Assembly: GCF_002571385.2 (NCBI RefSeq)
Contig: NW_019217787.1
Span: 2,180,555 to 2,244,554, forward strand
Length of the DNA: 64,000 bases
DNA from: Stylophora pistillata
Taxonomy: Eukaryota
Reading direction: 5' to 3'
Made by a program: the position numbers and the translations under genes
The notes under the pieces: generated by a model
Told to the model about the DNA's origin: nothing
The model's input: the letters and a program-made list of their open reading frames with translations, nothing else
Databases searched by the model: none
Shown here: piece after piece, positions 12,201-24,113 of the stretch
Layout of the letters: each line of letters starts with the position of its first letter
Numbering within the stretch: the stretch's first letter is position 1

Positions 12201-15200
12201 AAGCTGTTATTTTCATCATACACCAAATTCTTGTAACTGATTTTAAACTTGCGCATTAGCAATCAGACCCAGGGAGTTAAAAAATTCGAAAAAATTCTTG
12301 ATTTGTTGCTAGGCTTCGTTATGGCATGATGTGCATCATGAAGTCAATTTTTTTCTTTTCAGGAAATTGTTCTGAAGAAAGGAAGCAGTCCGCTAGGATT
12401 TAGTATTGTTGGAGGTTCAGATCATGCCAGTCATCCATTTGGAATGGACGAACCTGGGATATTTATATCAAAGGTAGGATGTTGTCACTGTGTCTCAATT
12501 TATTAAATCGTTTTTGAAGGCACAGGTCACAGTTCATTGTGTGGTCTGATCGTTCCACATGTGATTTAAGGGATTTGTTAATGGACAAGGCTTGTATTTA
12601 GTCACCAGGGTAAAAATTTGAAAAAAGAATGGCTTTTCTCTCTTCGGTCGTGTGAGGAAAACGGAAGAGCTAAAGACAACCTAACTGGCTTCGATCTGAC
12701 GATGGACGAACGAACGCGTGAAACGTCATCTTTCAACTCAGTTGATAAAACCATGCAAATTATCTTGTGATATCCCTCATCGACGCAGCACTCACGGTAT
12801 ATTTAGAAACTAACCCCCCTGTAGCTTTTATTTCACTTTCAATCACTTCTTTCTCGTCGCTTTTTGTAGATTGTTTCAAACGGAGTTGCCGCCACCACTC
12901 ATCTGAGAGTTGGAGATAGAATAATGCTGGTAAGGGAATCAAGTGTTGACTCAAGGTGGTATGATTCGTTAATCCGAGGCGTGGTAATAGAGTACATTTT
13001 GATTGAGTCGTCAAACCTAATCCAAAGTCGTCAAAACAGTAATAGTATCGCATTGAGCCAATGAGAATTAGAGGTACAACTTCGAACTGCTGAGTAAGAG
13101 GCGCGATCAGGGCGAGATCAAGCTTGTCATAAACCAGTTACAAGACTAAATACCTGTTACGTAACAACCTCTTCTTTAGATTCATTAGTTAGTGGAGTCA
13201 TGCCAATTTTGTAAGTCACAAAACCACTCTTCTTTAGTGTGGAATGGTGAATCCACCTTTCTTTTTTTTCTCTTTTAATTAAAGCGTCAATTTTTGTGCT
13301 ATTATCAGGAAATGAGATGATTGAATGCAGTTGTTCTCTTTCTCGGTACATGCTCAGACATATTTTATTACCATTGTGTCCAGGACAAATGAAATATTTG
13401 GATGTTTTGTTGGCTGCTTGCTAAGTTTTGGAAAGGAATCCGCCTGTCCAACTCTTTTTTAAACTTTCAGTGAGCCTAATGAGTTTGTTTGACTGCGGAA
13501 GTGACTCCGTTGATGAAAGAGACTCGCTGTTTAAGTGTTACATGTTATCTTTATCCCAAAATTGGAGTTTTATGATTGTAGTTCGATGGACACCTATGTT
13601 CAGAGTTACGGTTCTGTTTCAAGTAAGCAAGATTTTTCTCAATGAGGCCGAGTTGTACGCGAACAAAGTTAGCTAGCTATTCGTCCATTGTCGGATTTAT
13701 TTGCCGGGAATATAAACATAGAGGAAATTTGGCGTTTTACAAGCGCAACTTTCGTTTCATAAGGCTTAAGCAAAGTGTATGGAAGCGTCTTTGAGTAGAC
13801 AGAGCTGATAGACAAAGAACCCGCTGAGTCCAACATCTGGATGGTTTGTTAAAATGGATAATGAAGCTGTCCCTTGCCCGCTATGATGACTATTACGCAT
13901 CAGTCTTAAAACATTGCTGGTGGTAAGATGATTGAAATCAAGGGTAGATTTTCTTCATTTGGTAGAACCGGAAATTTTCGAAAGTATTATTATACGCTTT
14001 CAAACAGTGCATTTGTGTTGTCAATAGCATAGCTATGTTACTGTTTATTACATAATGAAGTTCCTATTACTTGGGTACACAACAGTTAAAACTTCTTTGC
14101 GTGCGTTAAGTTTTGGTAAAAAAATCCCGTAAAAAAAGGTAAGATTAAAATGTCTTTTCGTTTCTTAGAGAGAGGAATAGAGTCTAGACAGCTTCTGATG
14201 TTGGAAGCAGGCACATTCGGTTGGGAAAAAATAATACCGACAAGTATTGACCATTATATGTAACTACAACATGTATCTAATTTACTTGAAATGAAGGACT
14301 CTCTAAAGGGCTGTTGTTTTTAGGAATCTTCAAAGTTGTCTTTCAGTCCGGGCGATTTTTTGTTGTACGATTAACCTTTCTTGGTTCGCATGCTTTCGTG
14401 TCAGATAATGCCGCAGACGGTAAAGAAAAAAACAGTTTTCGTGCTCAATCTTTTTTGTTGAAATTACGCTAATTAATGGTTCAAAACTGCCAGCTAGCTC
14501 GTTGTCAAAGGGACCGCCATTGCAGTTAAACACATGTGTCCAAAAGCATTCTTTTTTGCGCTTTTCTGTGAATACTGCGGCTAATATGTGTTTGGTCGCC
14601 GACTATACAACTTCAAAGACCAGTCGGCTCCTCAAAGACGTCAGGTCGCTTAAAAGTGGACATTTATAGTGTTACGTACCCCCATCGGGGTAATTATATG
14701 TGTTTGAATCATAAACGTAAATACTTTGACACTGAAAAGAATCAATTCACTCGGGAATTGGCAGTGTTCGCCAGAATACATATCTGACGATCGAGCTGTT
14801 TATTTAAGCTCTGTAGCGCTGTCAAAGCAATCAATGAATTGAAAAACTGACGTAGAACAGTTTCAGTGAGCATTTGACAGAATGTATCGGAGACTAAGCA
14901 TCGGAAGCACCATGATTGGAGTGGATATGGTCAGAAGCTGGCCCTCTACGACTTCTCTGCGGAGAAAGGTGAAATGAGAAAACTAAATTTCTTCCTTTGC
15001 TTATGGCTGCTGGGTTCTGCAAGTTTAGCTGTGTAGTTTTTCTCGGCAGTTGAGTGCCTGCTGTACTGAACGAGAGGCAGTCAATTGATCTCATTTCCGT
15101 GCAGAAAGAAAATTAGATGTGGGTGGTTTTCTCATGAAACAAACTATATAATAAAGCAAGTGTTAAAGTTTTTGAAAAGTTACGATTTTTCTACTTATTT

Positions 15201-18200
15201 CGTTTTCTTATTTCGTTTGGTGGATTTTGTCTTGTTACCTATTGAGTCTCTCCTTCTCTTTAAGTTACTGGGCTGGATTTTGACCTAAATTGACTAAAGT
15301 TATTAATTATTGTCTTCCTCGCATGTAACTTCCTTTGTGTTCTGTAAAATAGTTCAAATCGTTCAAAGTAAATTTAAATTTGGAAAATTTAGATGACAGA
15401 CGACTGTGCATGTTAGGTAACTGGCTTGCGTAATATTGAAAGAGAAGCGAGAAGTCACGTTATTTTTAGTTTTTTTTTAAGGGTTATAAGGAGGTCAATA
15501 CCGTTTCCGTCCAACGAAATGAAGTTGAGCCAGACAGCTTTCTAACTGACGAGTTCTTGAGTTAATAAAGTGTGTGTGTGTTGTCAGAAGTACTTTGGAA
15601 TGTCTGTAGTTCGGTGGGTCTTGATTTGTAGTTAGATTAGTACATTTTCCAATCCAATTCCATCCAACGTTTTTGTTGGTTACAGGTAAATGGAAAAGAC
15701 ATGAGGAACGCAACTCATCAAGAAGCAGTGGCAGCTCTCATAGCAAATGTGTCACTCATAAAACTTCTGGTCCGCCATGACCCACCACCTAAAGGACTTC
15801 AGGTATGCACAATTATTGTGTCTTCCTTTACTTATTTACTTTCTTATCCCTTACAAAGATTTATCTTCTCGCGCGAAAAAAAAAAGAGAGTTTTAAAATT
15901 AAAATTCGTTATCTGTTGGCTCAACACACTTTCGTGTTCATTAATATGTAAGTGAACAAAAAAGTGGGTATCGGAGCGTAACTTTTTTTATGGTCTTCGA
16001 GAGTAGAGTACGACCTCTCTGAAGTCAATTACACCGTGCAACACTCCTGCTAATTATTTAATCATTAGCTCCTTTAAAAAAAAAGAACAAAATTCCTGAG
16101 ACTTGTTTCGGCGGTTCTCGTGCTAATAGTAAATAGAGTTGAATTCAATTGATTACATTTGTGAACTTTCATTGTTTTCCGTAGACTCCTGTAAAAGCTG
16201 GAGTGTAATTGTCATAAAACGCTCTCAATTTACAGTATTTATTTTACCGGTTTTTTCAATAGTGATGCTTGGAATTCTTTAAAAAGTATTCCTTTCGTCG
16301 TTGTCCGCATTTTTAAGAGTTTTTGACGCCCCGACGCAGATATTCCTTCTGTTTGTCGTACATTTATTAATCCTTCAAAGAAGGCCGGCATCTCGCCAAG
16401 CCTTTTACATCACCACCTTCACCAGACACGCCTTACATTTTATTCTCGCCAGCTACAATAAAAAATCTGGGTGGTAGCTTGTTTTGATGCATTATCTTAG
16501 CTTTCAGCTTCATTGTTGTATTCGTGGCTCAATCCGTGGCTCAACTTAACTTTAGCATGTCTAGTTGTTGGTAAAATATTTGTTTACATTGCCATTCGTG
16601 TGGTTATTGATCGCCTAACAGGCGGAGTTGAGTGATCTGGGTTAAGCTATAGTGCTTTGTTTGATCCCTAGCACTCTTATCTGATGTTTAATCCTGTGAT
16701 CCATTGCTGTGATTCGTTTCTATTTTCTCTCTTCTTTTCTTGGTGTAAATACACGAAAGTAGCTTAGGAGAGTTACCTAAAAGATCAGGTCTAGGAAAGG
16801 GACAGATCTACGAAGAATGCACCCAGGGTGTCGTAAAGGAAGTGTGTAAATGGTTTGAGGGAGAATTTTCATCTCAGCCATTCGTAGCGGTAGACCTGAT
16901 GGGAAAAGATTTACTTGGATTCTATTCTTGGTTCCGACGAACTGTCCATGAATGAAGCCACTGTTGTCTTCTCCGGAAGAACAGTTTTTCAGCTGAACAC
17001 AATCGGACTTTTCTCTGCAGTTGGCTTTTCGTTTACTGTATTTGTTTTCTAGAAACAATAGCGTTGTTTTTGTGAGCCCATTAGAGGCAACGAAATCGGA
17101 ACTTACAGGAACGAATGAACCTACTCACTGTTGTTTTCATGATTATTGGGTGACTTGGGATTTTAAAATCTTTTCAAGATTTTAAGTCGAAAAATTCAAG
17201 CAATACATAACTGTTCTAGTCTTATTTTTATTTGCATGCGCATATTTATCGTCATACGACACTCCAATCGACGGCTTTATGTTGGCTTTCCATGGGTTAA
17301 CCAATCAGAGGCCAAGTTTGTGCGTATAATTTTCGTGAAGTCTACATCATCAGACGACGATGTTGTATGTCTGGTTGCGCGAAAGTTTTACTCAACTGAA
17401 TATGTATGAGACTTAGTGACCAATTAAATAAGTACGTGTAACTGGGTTTTGTATTTCCTCAAAACAGGAGGTCTATCTCCACAAAGGTCCAGGAGAGAGA
17501 CTGGGTATCAGCATAAGAGGTGGCGCCAAAGGACATCCGGGTAACCCGTTAGACAAGTCAGACGAAGGAATATTCGTGTCTAAAGTGAACGAGGGCGGTG
17601 TAGCTTATAAAGACGGGCGGCTTAAAGTTGGACAAAGATTGCTGGAGGTTTGTTAAGCAGATATCAATTCCTTTGCGCATGTTATGCCCAATATTTACTG
17701 TCTGTCCTCGTTATATTGCATTTTTGTTTTTGTAGAGGTTCTATTTAGCACATCATATATTGTATTTTCTTTTTCTTTTTTTTTTTTTTTTTTTTTTTGA
17801 ATGCTCTTCGATTTTCGTCCCTCATAGTTTCCTAATTATACACCAGTCGAGCTTTACTAAAAAATATGAGTTCCGGAAGTGAGGTACATTGGTGTGTGAA
17901 ACCATTAAGTATTTGGTGTTCGCACTTTAAGAGGAGAATTACATTCTGTTATGCCTGCACAGTAAATGTATACTTAATTATATTTTAAGTTAATCACTTT
18001 GTCTATCACTCTGTTCCATGAAGTGACGTTTTTCGAGGGGCTCCTTTTATGCAGGTGTTCACGTAAATGCGCCCGGCTTTTTAGCCAATCATTATGTATT
18101 GTTTCCCATAAGGTCAACGGCACTAGCCTTCTGGGCGCCACACATCTGGAAGCCGTGCGATCGCTTAGAGGGATTGGGGATGATTTAACATTACTCGTTT

Positions 18201-21200
18201 GTGACGGGTTTGACCCGGCTGAAGTTCCCGCGGGACAGCACGCGACTTGGCAAGCAAGTCCCGTAGCGTCAATCAACACTGGAAAATCACAGAGCGAGGA
18301 GTCCTTGGAACCAGACGTCATCCCATCAAACGAAAAAGCGTACGATGACATAAGAAAAGAGATTAAAAGACAGGTCGGTGGAGGTTGCTTATTTATTCAT
18401 TTTTGTTCTTGAAGTAATCAATGCCTGCTTCGAAAAAATTGGAGAAGTTAGTTAGATAAGTTTTCACTAATTGTGGCACCACACTTAGCTACAAGCTACT
18501 TTCCAGGAGGCCCACAATAAACAACAGAAATAAATAATTCAAATTGAACATAAATTGTTAAGAATCCCAACTGGCCGGAGGCAAATCAGTTGGCTAGAAC
18601 GACCAACAGTTAAATGACATGCTCAAACGAGGCAAAAGGTAGGCGACGATGTTCGAGAAAATTGAATTTTGTTCATAACGATCAACTCTTCATGAAGTAT
18701 ATTCATTGTGTGAGAATTGGAACTGAGTTTCTTGGGATTACTTGGAGTGGAATGTCCTGTCACGGAATGTCCCGATTAGAATGCGTGACACTGGCCTCTT
18801 ACCTGGTTACTTATTGCGCTACAAGATCACTTGCCGTGTTGACGTGACAGCGTGTTGATCGCACCTCTTTTGGCGTAGTAGTCAATGCTTTAGCGTAAAA
18901 TAGGCAAGCTTCGCACCACTTTAAAAGGAGAAGAAAAAACCACCCAAAGGCTATTTATGGTTAGTCCTGGTTTTAATGTCTTTAACGCATTTGAAAGATC
19001 GTGATTAAAGATTGGTAAGATATCTCCGAGCGTTTCAAATTAACTTTACTGTTGCTAACACTTCAGCTTAGAGGAGGTCATGTTCTGGCGAAAGTAGTCA
19101 TTAACGAGTCCTCTGCTTGCAATTTCCTTTTCTAATTTCTGAAGTAATTCCGATGTTCTTGTCCATGAGCTCTGAACTGAGCAAACGCCTAATTGCTAAC
19201 CTTTTCTGTCGAACTGTCGCATCTGACTTTCTGTGAATCACGCGCATGAAGGGTATTTGCCTGTCAAATGTATGCCTCCTTCTCCGTTTGTTTTCCGAAT
19301 GTCTAAAGCTGATCTTGATTTCACTTACTCTAAAGGATATTTTTAAGGTAACACATATTTGTGCAAGGAAGAATATGGTGTCATTTTAAACTGTTTGAAA
19401 TGCTAATGTAATCTCTTTAATCGGATTTGAGGTAGACTCTCTCGTAAAGAGTTCATTTGTTAAATTCCGAGAAGATTTAACTTGTTTGATCGCTAATCCC
19501 ATAATGAAGGGATGTGAAATATTCGAGATATTCTCTTATGATAAAGGGGTAAAAAAATTTCGTAAATGTAACACTGACTTGAAGGGATGTAAGGTACTTT
19601 ATCTTTGAACTAATAATACTCACCAGGGGTGGGTGGGTGGTTGCGGTGGTGGGTCGGTCGATAAACGAAATGGTACCGCTCTTTAGATGGGCCTTTTTTT
19701 TTTTACTGACGGTAGAGATTCCGTTGAGAGTTTTGCTTTCCAGTAACCTTGGAAGTTCTTGGAGCAAGAAAATACTTCTTCTTAATGGAAAGTCATGATG
19801 GCGCGTGAATATTTAAATCCGTGAAACAACAGTTTATCCAAAAGAAAGTTGGAACATACACATCAGTTTTTGGCATTCTTAGTTCATTCCTTTTTTCAAA
19901 GGCTTTTTCCTCTTCTTCCACATTCGCTCGACGAAAGAAACGTAAGAAACTTGAAATTGTTTTCTTTCTGGGAAATTCAAGTTACATCTTGTTGCTGCTT
20001 CGAAGGAATGAAATACCTGTTACCATATCCAAAGAGACTCGGGAGACGTTTTTCGGTATTAATGATGACAGCCAGGCCAAATTTTATTTCCCAAAGTGCT
20101 TAACTTTATTGAAAAGGGCTTCTGGAAGCTTTTGATGTATTTGCACTCGGTTAGCACTTGAGCCGTTCATTTGTTTAGCGAACAATGGGCTAGATATTGA
20201 ACCAAAGGACACCTTGGGTGATTATCAGCGGCTCTGTTAAAATTTAGTGGAGGGAACATGTCTCTAGTTTTATTTTTTAACTGACTGAAGAAAGGAGTGG
20301 CTTTGCTCTGCACTCAACGGAGGTCAGAGATGGTAATGAAGAATTTCCTGTGGGAACAGCTTGGTGGTTTTGTCGAATTAACTTGTTGATTTAAATTTCC
20401 ATTCCCCGTAACAAGAAGTCAACCTCTAATATTAGAGCTAATGCAGCGAGCGTGCCAACTACATTGTCTAAATGCTAATTACTCCATTCCAAAACCTAGC
20501 ACCACATCGAATCTTTTTAATTTAACTGACGGTCTGGTGTAATTGTTTCGTCTGAAAACACTCTCGCCCAATTATTTGTCATTTTCTCGGGTTTCTTAGT
20601 CTATTGGAATCGCCTGTGAACAAAAATAGACAATTTCGTTGGCATAACTGATTTAAGGTAAACAATAGCTGTGACGTATTCGCTGCTCATAAAACTCTCC
20701 TTTGTTTGAATATCAAGAACAAATGACATGCACTGTGTTGGTAGGGTGTTCCAGACTAGAAATTAAATCGCTTGTTAAGGGCAAGTTGCTCTCAGATTTT
20801 GAAGTGTAAGGATTGATACTGGGTCTCAATCGATTGAGTACATTGTTCTGACGTTAGAAACAAGGCTAAAATTGATATTATGTCAACTCTACAACAGTAC
20901 GTCAAAAACAAATCGGTACTTTTCATTTCGTTCGGTTATTCGTGTACAGCAATTATTTTGTGCTTTTGATGTTTGTTTTAGCTGACTTTTTACCCCCATG
21001 TTGGTTGGTTATCTGTGAATTGACGTCAACAAAAAAGTACTTTGTCATTTCATCGTCTGCTAATTTACGAGAAAAGTTCAAGTGTGGCCATGTTTAATTG
21101 CTATATTTAAGAACTGTTCCGTTTGTTTGCTGCTGGCGGAATATATGTGATCCAGCTCCACCTCCATTTTTTCCTTCGAAGTTTCGATGTCCTTCCACTC

Positions 21201-24113
21201 TACAAAGCGAAAAGATGAATTGGTATTTTAATCTTTGTTGTTTTGTGTTTTTGTTAGGAAGAAGAGGCTAAAAGAGAAACCGAAAGGTGGGAGAGAGAAG
21301 AAAAAGAGAGACAGGTGAGTGGACCGTCAAATACACAATTTCTTGGGGGTTGTACCTTTTAAGTGGATGGCAGAAGGTTATGCTTCAGTTCATTCGATTT
21401 GTGGTTATATTTCGCGCGTCATTTGCAATTTACATTCGACTTCCTTTCTTCCACGGGCGTCAGACAGCAAAAATATTTCTATCTGTTTGAGTTGCCTATT
21501 TCGCTTTGATGCCTCCACACGAAATGTTTACCGTCTGTTTGGTGGGCTGTCGGTTTAGAAGTCCTTCGCAGGTAACGTTGACTGCTGTCATCATTTTGTT
21601 GTAGACTGTTAGCCTGGTACTGAAATTTTATTGAGACTTACTTTGTACACGTGAATTAATCAATAATCGAAATCGGGTACATTTCAAACGTTGCCATCGC
21701 TATTGAGTTTAACACCTTTAAAAAAAAAGAGCAAAAAAACCTCGTTCGTTTCTTGATAAAAAATTGAAGGTGCATTGCCTAAGTCTGAGAATCGTCAGAT
21801 TTTAGGTGTTGTTTGCGTTAGAATTGCGGCGTTGCTTCATTTTCGCAAATGGTCGAGCCTAACAGACACTCGCTGCAGAAGATAACTGTTTAAAGATGAT
21901 ATCATTGTTAGAATGTGGGATGATTCCAAATACGTTCGAATGGCTGATTTTACAAAGTTTGTTTACTGGTGTAGGAGTGTATCATTGATTTGTGTGTTTA
22001 GCATGGTAAGGACCGTGAAACTGCAAAATACTTATTCAGGTTTTGTTCGATCGCAAGTGCGGTACATAAAATTTTGTCAGCAGCGTTTATTTATCGTTTT
22101 TTTGTTACCAGATTTGTTTCCATTCCAACGTCTGTAACCATTGAAAACAGAGATATTCGTTTCTCCCACTTTTTCTTTGTTAGGCTCCTTGTGTTCTATT
22201 TTTGAACATTGCTTTCATTTTCTCATTATGAATACTCGTGGTTTATTCAAATTTCTCTCAAACTTTCTCAACTTTTTAGAATATTTTGGGAAGATCACTC
22301 TTACACGAAGTTTATCATTTATGAACAATATATTTTACGATGACAAATGATGATTTTCCCATACGTCTGACGTAGTTAACAAGTCAAGAGTAAAGATTGA
22401 ATACGGAAACTGAATTCTATTAAATCGCGTTTCTCAGAATTAATTATCTATCGTGTTAAGATAAAATATTACGAATAGTACTCAACTTTTATCCCTTAAA
22501 TATCGAGGGTCATCGAAAAAATATTGTAGAACGCAGTTTATTCAAGTACAATGTGTGATATTTTTGTAGTGAGCTTGCGCGACAAGAATATTTATTTACT
22601 TTGACGGAGATGTTTGGTCGTATTTCTGTTTTCGTGGCGTATGAATAATCGACAATATTGCTTCTGTGTTCCAGGAAGCTCTTCGTAAACGTCTAGAGGA
22701 GAGCAAAGGAGCTGGCGAGGAGAAGTTTGTAAGTAACATTTTTCCGTTCTGTTCTGCTCCATACACCTGCATAGAGCGTCGTACAACAAATTTCCAATTG
22801 TTACCGTCCGGCCGCACGAGGCAGTAAGAGAATCACGTTTTAGGGATGTCGCATCAGATTATGCTGTGCTATTCTTGACCCGTAATTTCCTAACTATTTG
22901 GAAACCCTTATGCTTGGCATTTATTTACAAAACGGTTGTTGCCCTTAGTTTGACCTTGGAAAGTTAGCTCGACAAGTATAACTCGAGAGACAGCCTTACT
23001 AACCCAAGGAAAAAAAAATAAAATCACGAAATGGTTTCAGCACTTTCGCACTGTTTTTAAAAAGCAAAACAGTTGATGGTAGGTTGTCTTCAGGTACACG
23101 TAGAAAACTGTTTCCTTAATTTCCGCTATCTTTCCACTCTTTGTTTGATTGTTCACCTTTCGAAGCACACCAAAGTAATTACCGTGGGAAGAAACACGTT
23201 TCTTTGCGTAACTTTCTCGCCAATGATTTGCTTCGACGGCTCCAAACAATCCCGAGGACTCCAGGTTAAGATGTGGTTCGCCGGCTTTATCTCTCTTGCG
23301 AAATATGTCTGATTTTTAGCGTTGTTATTTTGCAGTTTCACGCGAAACCCAGAAAAAAAAAATTAAACCACAGATGCTACGCAACCCACCTATAGTATTG
23401 TTAGTAATGTCACAATGGACTATTGTCTGTTTCTAAAGTGATAACTGCGCTACCTAGGGAGCATAACAATGAAACTTTAAGAGTCTGTTTACATATTTCA
23501 TTTAACTCTCGTGGTTTTCTTGTGTTTTCAGGGTCAAAACAGAGCTGTTACAGGTAAATAATACTTTCTAAGAGAAAATAATCATTGCCCGAAGGATCTG
23601 AGTGTTTCCTTTGAAAGCTACGTTGTTGAATAAGAATCTGAACGCCACTAAACACCTTCTACTGTCGTTTGTTTTAAGACCATGTGGTCTACGTAATCTC
23701 GCCTTGATTAATCGTTGCGGGGTGTTCTTTTTATTACCACAGGATCGGAACATGTGAACAGAGACGCTGAGGTAGCTGAAAAGATGAATATCGATCACAA
23801 ACGTCAAAACAGCGACACGAATGCTTCCTCTCCGCAGTCGCCAAAACGCACCTTGACCGCGGCCGAAAGACGTGCGCTAGAGGCAGAGAAGCGAGCGGCC
23901 ATGAGACAACAGCGAATGCGTGAACTCGAAGAAGACGCCATGAAAGCGCAAGTCGTTATTGCCCAGGTGAAGGCAATGTCCGCCTCTTCGCTCGAGACCC
24001 TCGCTATCAATTCCCCGGATGGGGAAAGAAAAGCCAGTGATAATGAACTTCACGACGGCAGCTCTGGAGGTCTGGGGGGAAGGTCCAGCGGCTCGTCAAC
24101 AAAATCAACATAA
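2161..24113 (+). CDS. SCRIB: Scribble (LAP family LRR+4xPDZ polarity scaffold), 5'-partial, multi-exon
   Basis: Phase-consistent GT-AG exons: 2161-2297, 2807-2941, 3774-3947, 4091-4312, 4710-4743, 8154-8278, 8637-8726, 8890-8970, 9507-9758, 10075-10167, 10505-10600, 10841-10921, 11414-11587, 11910-11993, 12363-12473, 12870-12929, 15686-15802, 17468-17647, 18113-18373, 21258-21314, 22675-22728, 23532-23553, 23743-24113 (TAA). Linker motifs VQFAED, RHDTPHPRDLK and KLRRRDTPHYLKNKRI. PDZ1 GLGINIAGGKGSTPY, PDZ2 GLGFSIAGGRGSTPY, PDZ3 PLGFSIVGGSDHASHPFG, PDZ4 RLGISIRGGAKGHPGNPLDKSDEGIFVSKV. C-terminal AERRALEAEKRAAMRQQRMRELEEDAMKAQ. All are Scribble-type motifs. Confidence 0.95.
3207..3712 (+). mobile_element. 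Hairpin-capped element (family 1, distally truncated copy)
   Basis: Reverse-complement homolog of 40360-40865. Hairpin 3207-3334, IR TTATTATCCAAC at 3345-3356. ORF remnant 3403-3639 (-) SDNEELEWL..QLDDNEISLLIEENRNSNT. Confidence 0.7.
4433..4645. mobile_element. TTAA-flanked MITE copy
   Basis: TTAGCCCTTTCACTCCC..TAATTCTCC..GGAGAAATTCTGTCTTGG..GAGTTAA; matches the 1882-2080 and 37787-37995 copies. Confidence 0.65.
5794..5935. mobile_element. MITE with about 40-bp TIRs
   Basis: AGAGGTTTTGCACAGTAGCCATGTTGGATGGCAGGA ... TCCTGCCATCCAACACGGCTGCTGTGCAAAACCTCT. Confidence 0.8.
10949..11262 (+). mobile_element. MITE (CCAAT-rich family) with an internal 22-bp x3 tandem repeat
   Basis: Reverse-complement homolog of 45512-45790. 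(CTTTGAGTTTGTTTTGGCTCTC)x3 at about 11130-11197. A further fragment lies at about 12985-13080. Confidence 0.7.
12680..12820 (+). mobile_element. Degenerate Penelope-like pLTR with hammerhead-like core
   Basis: GAT-CTGACGA..GAAACGTC-ATC at 12693-12730, followed by a CGACGCAGCA..TTTAGAAACTA tail like that of the 44049 and 46488 copies. Confidence 0.5.
18535..18597 (-). mobile_element. Probable SINE 3' fragment
   Basis: Minus strand TAGCCAACTGATTTGCCTCCGGCCAGTTGGGATTCTTAAC resembles a SINE body/tail. Recognised from memory, not verified. Confidence 0.4.

Noticed and set aside
16777-17058. 93-aa antisense ORF in a Scribble intron
   Set aside because: No recognisable motif; the length is expected by chance.
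17974-18351. Antisense ORFs over exons (also 9503-9796, 23804-24010, 58688-58981)
   Set aside because: Shadow frames of real coding exons.
19821-20135. Overlapping intronic ORFs as a nested gene
   Set aside because: Non-ATG starts, low-complexity composition, and no recognisable domain or splice support.
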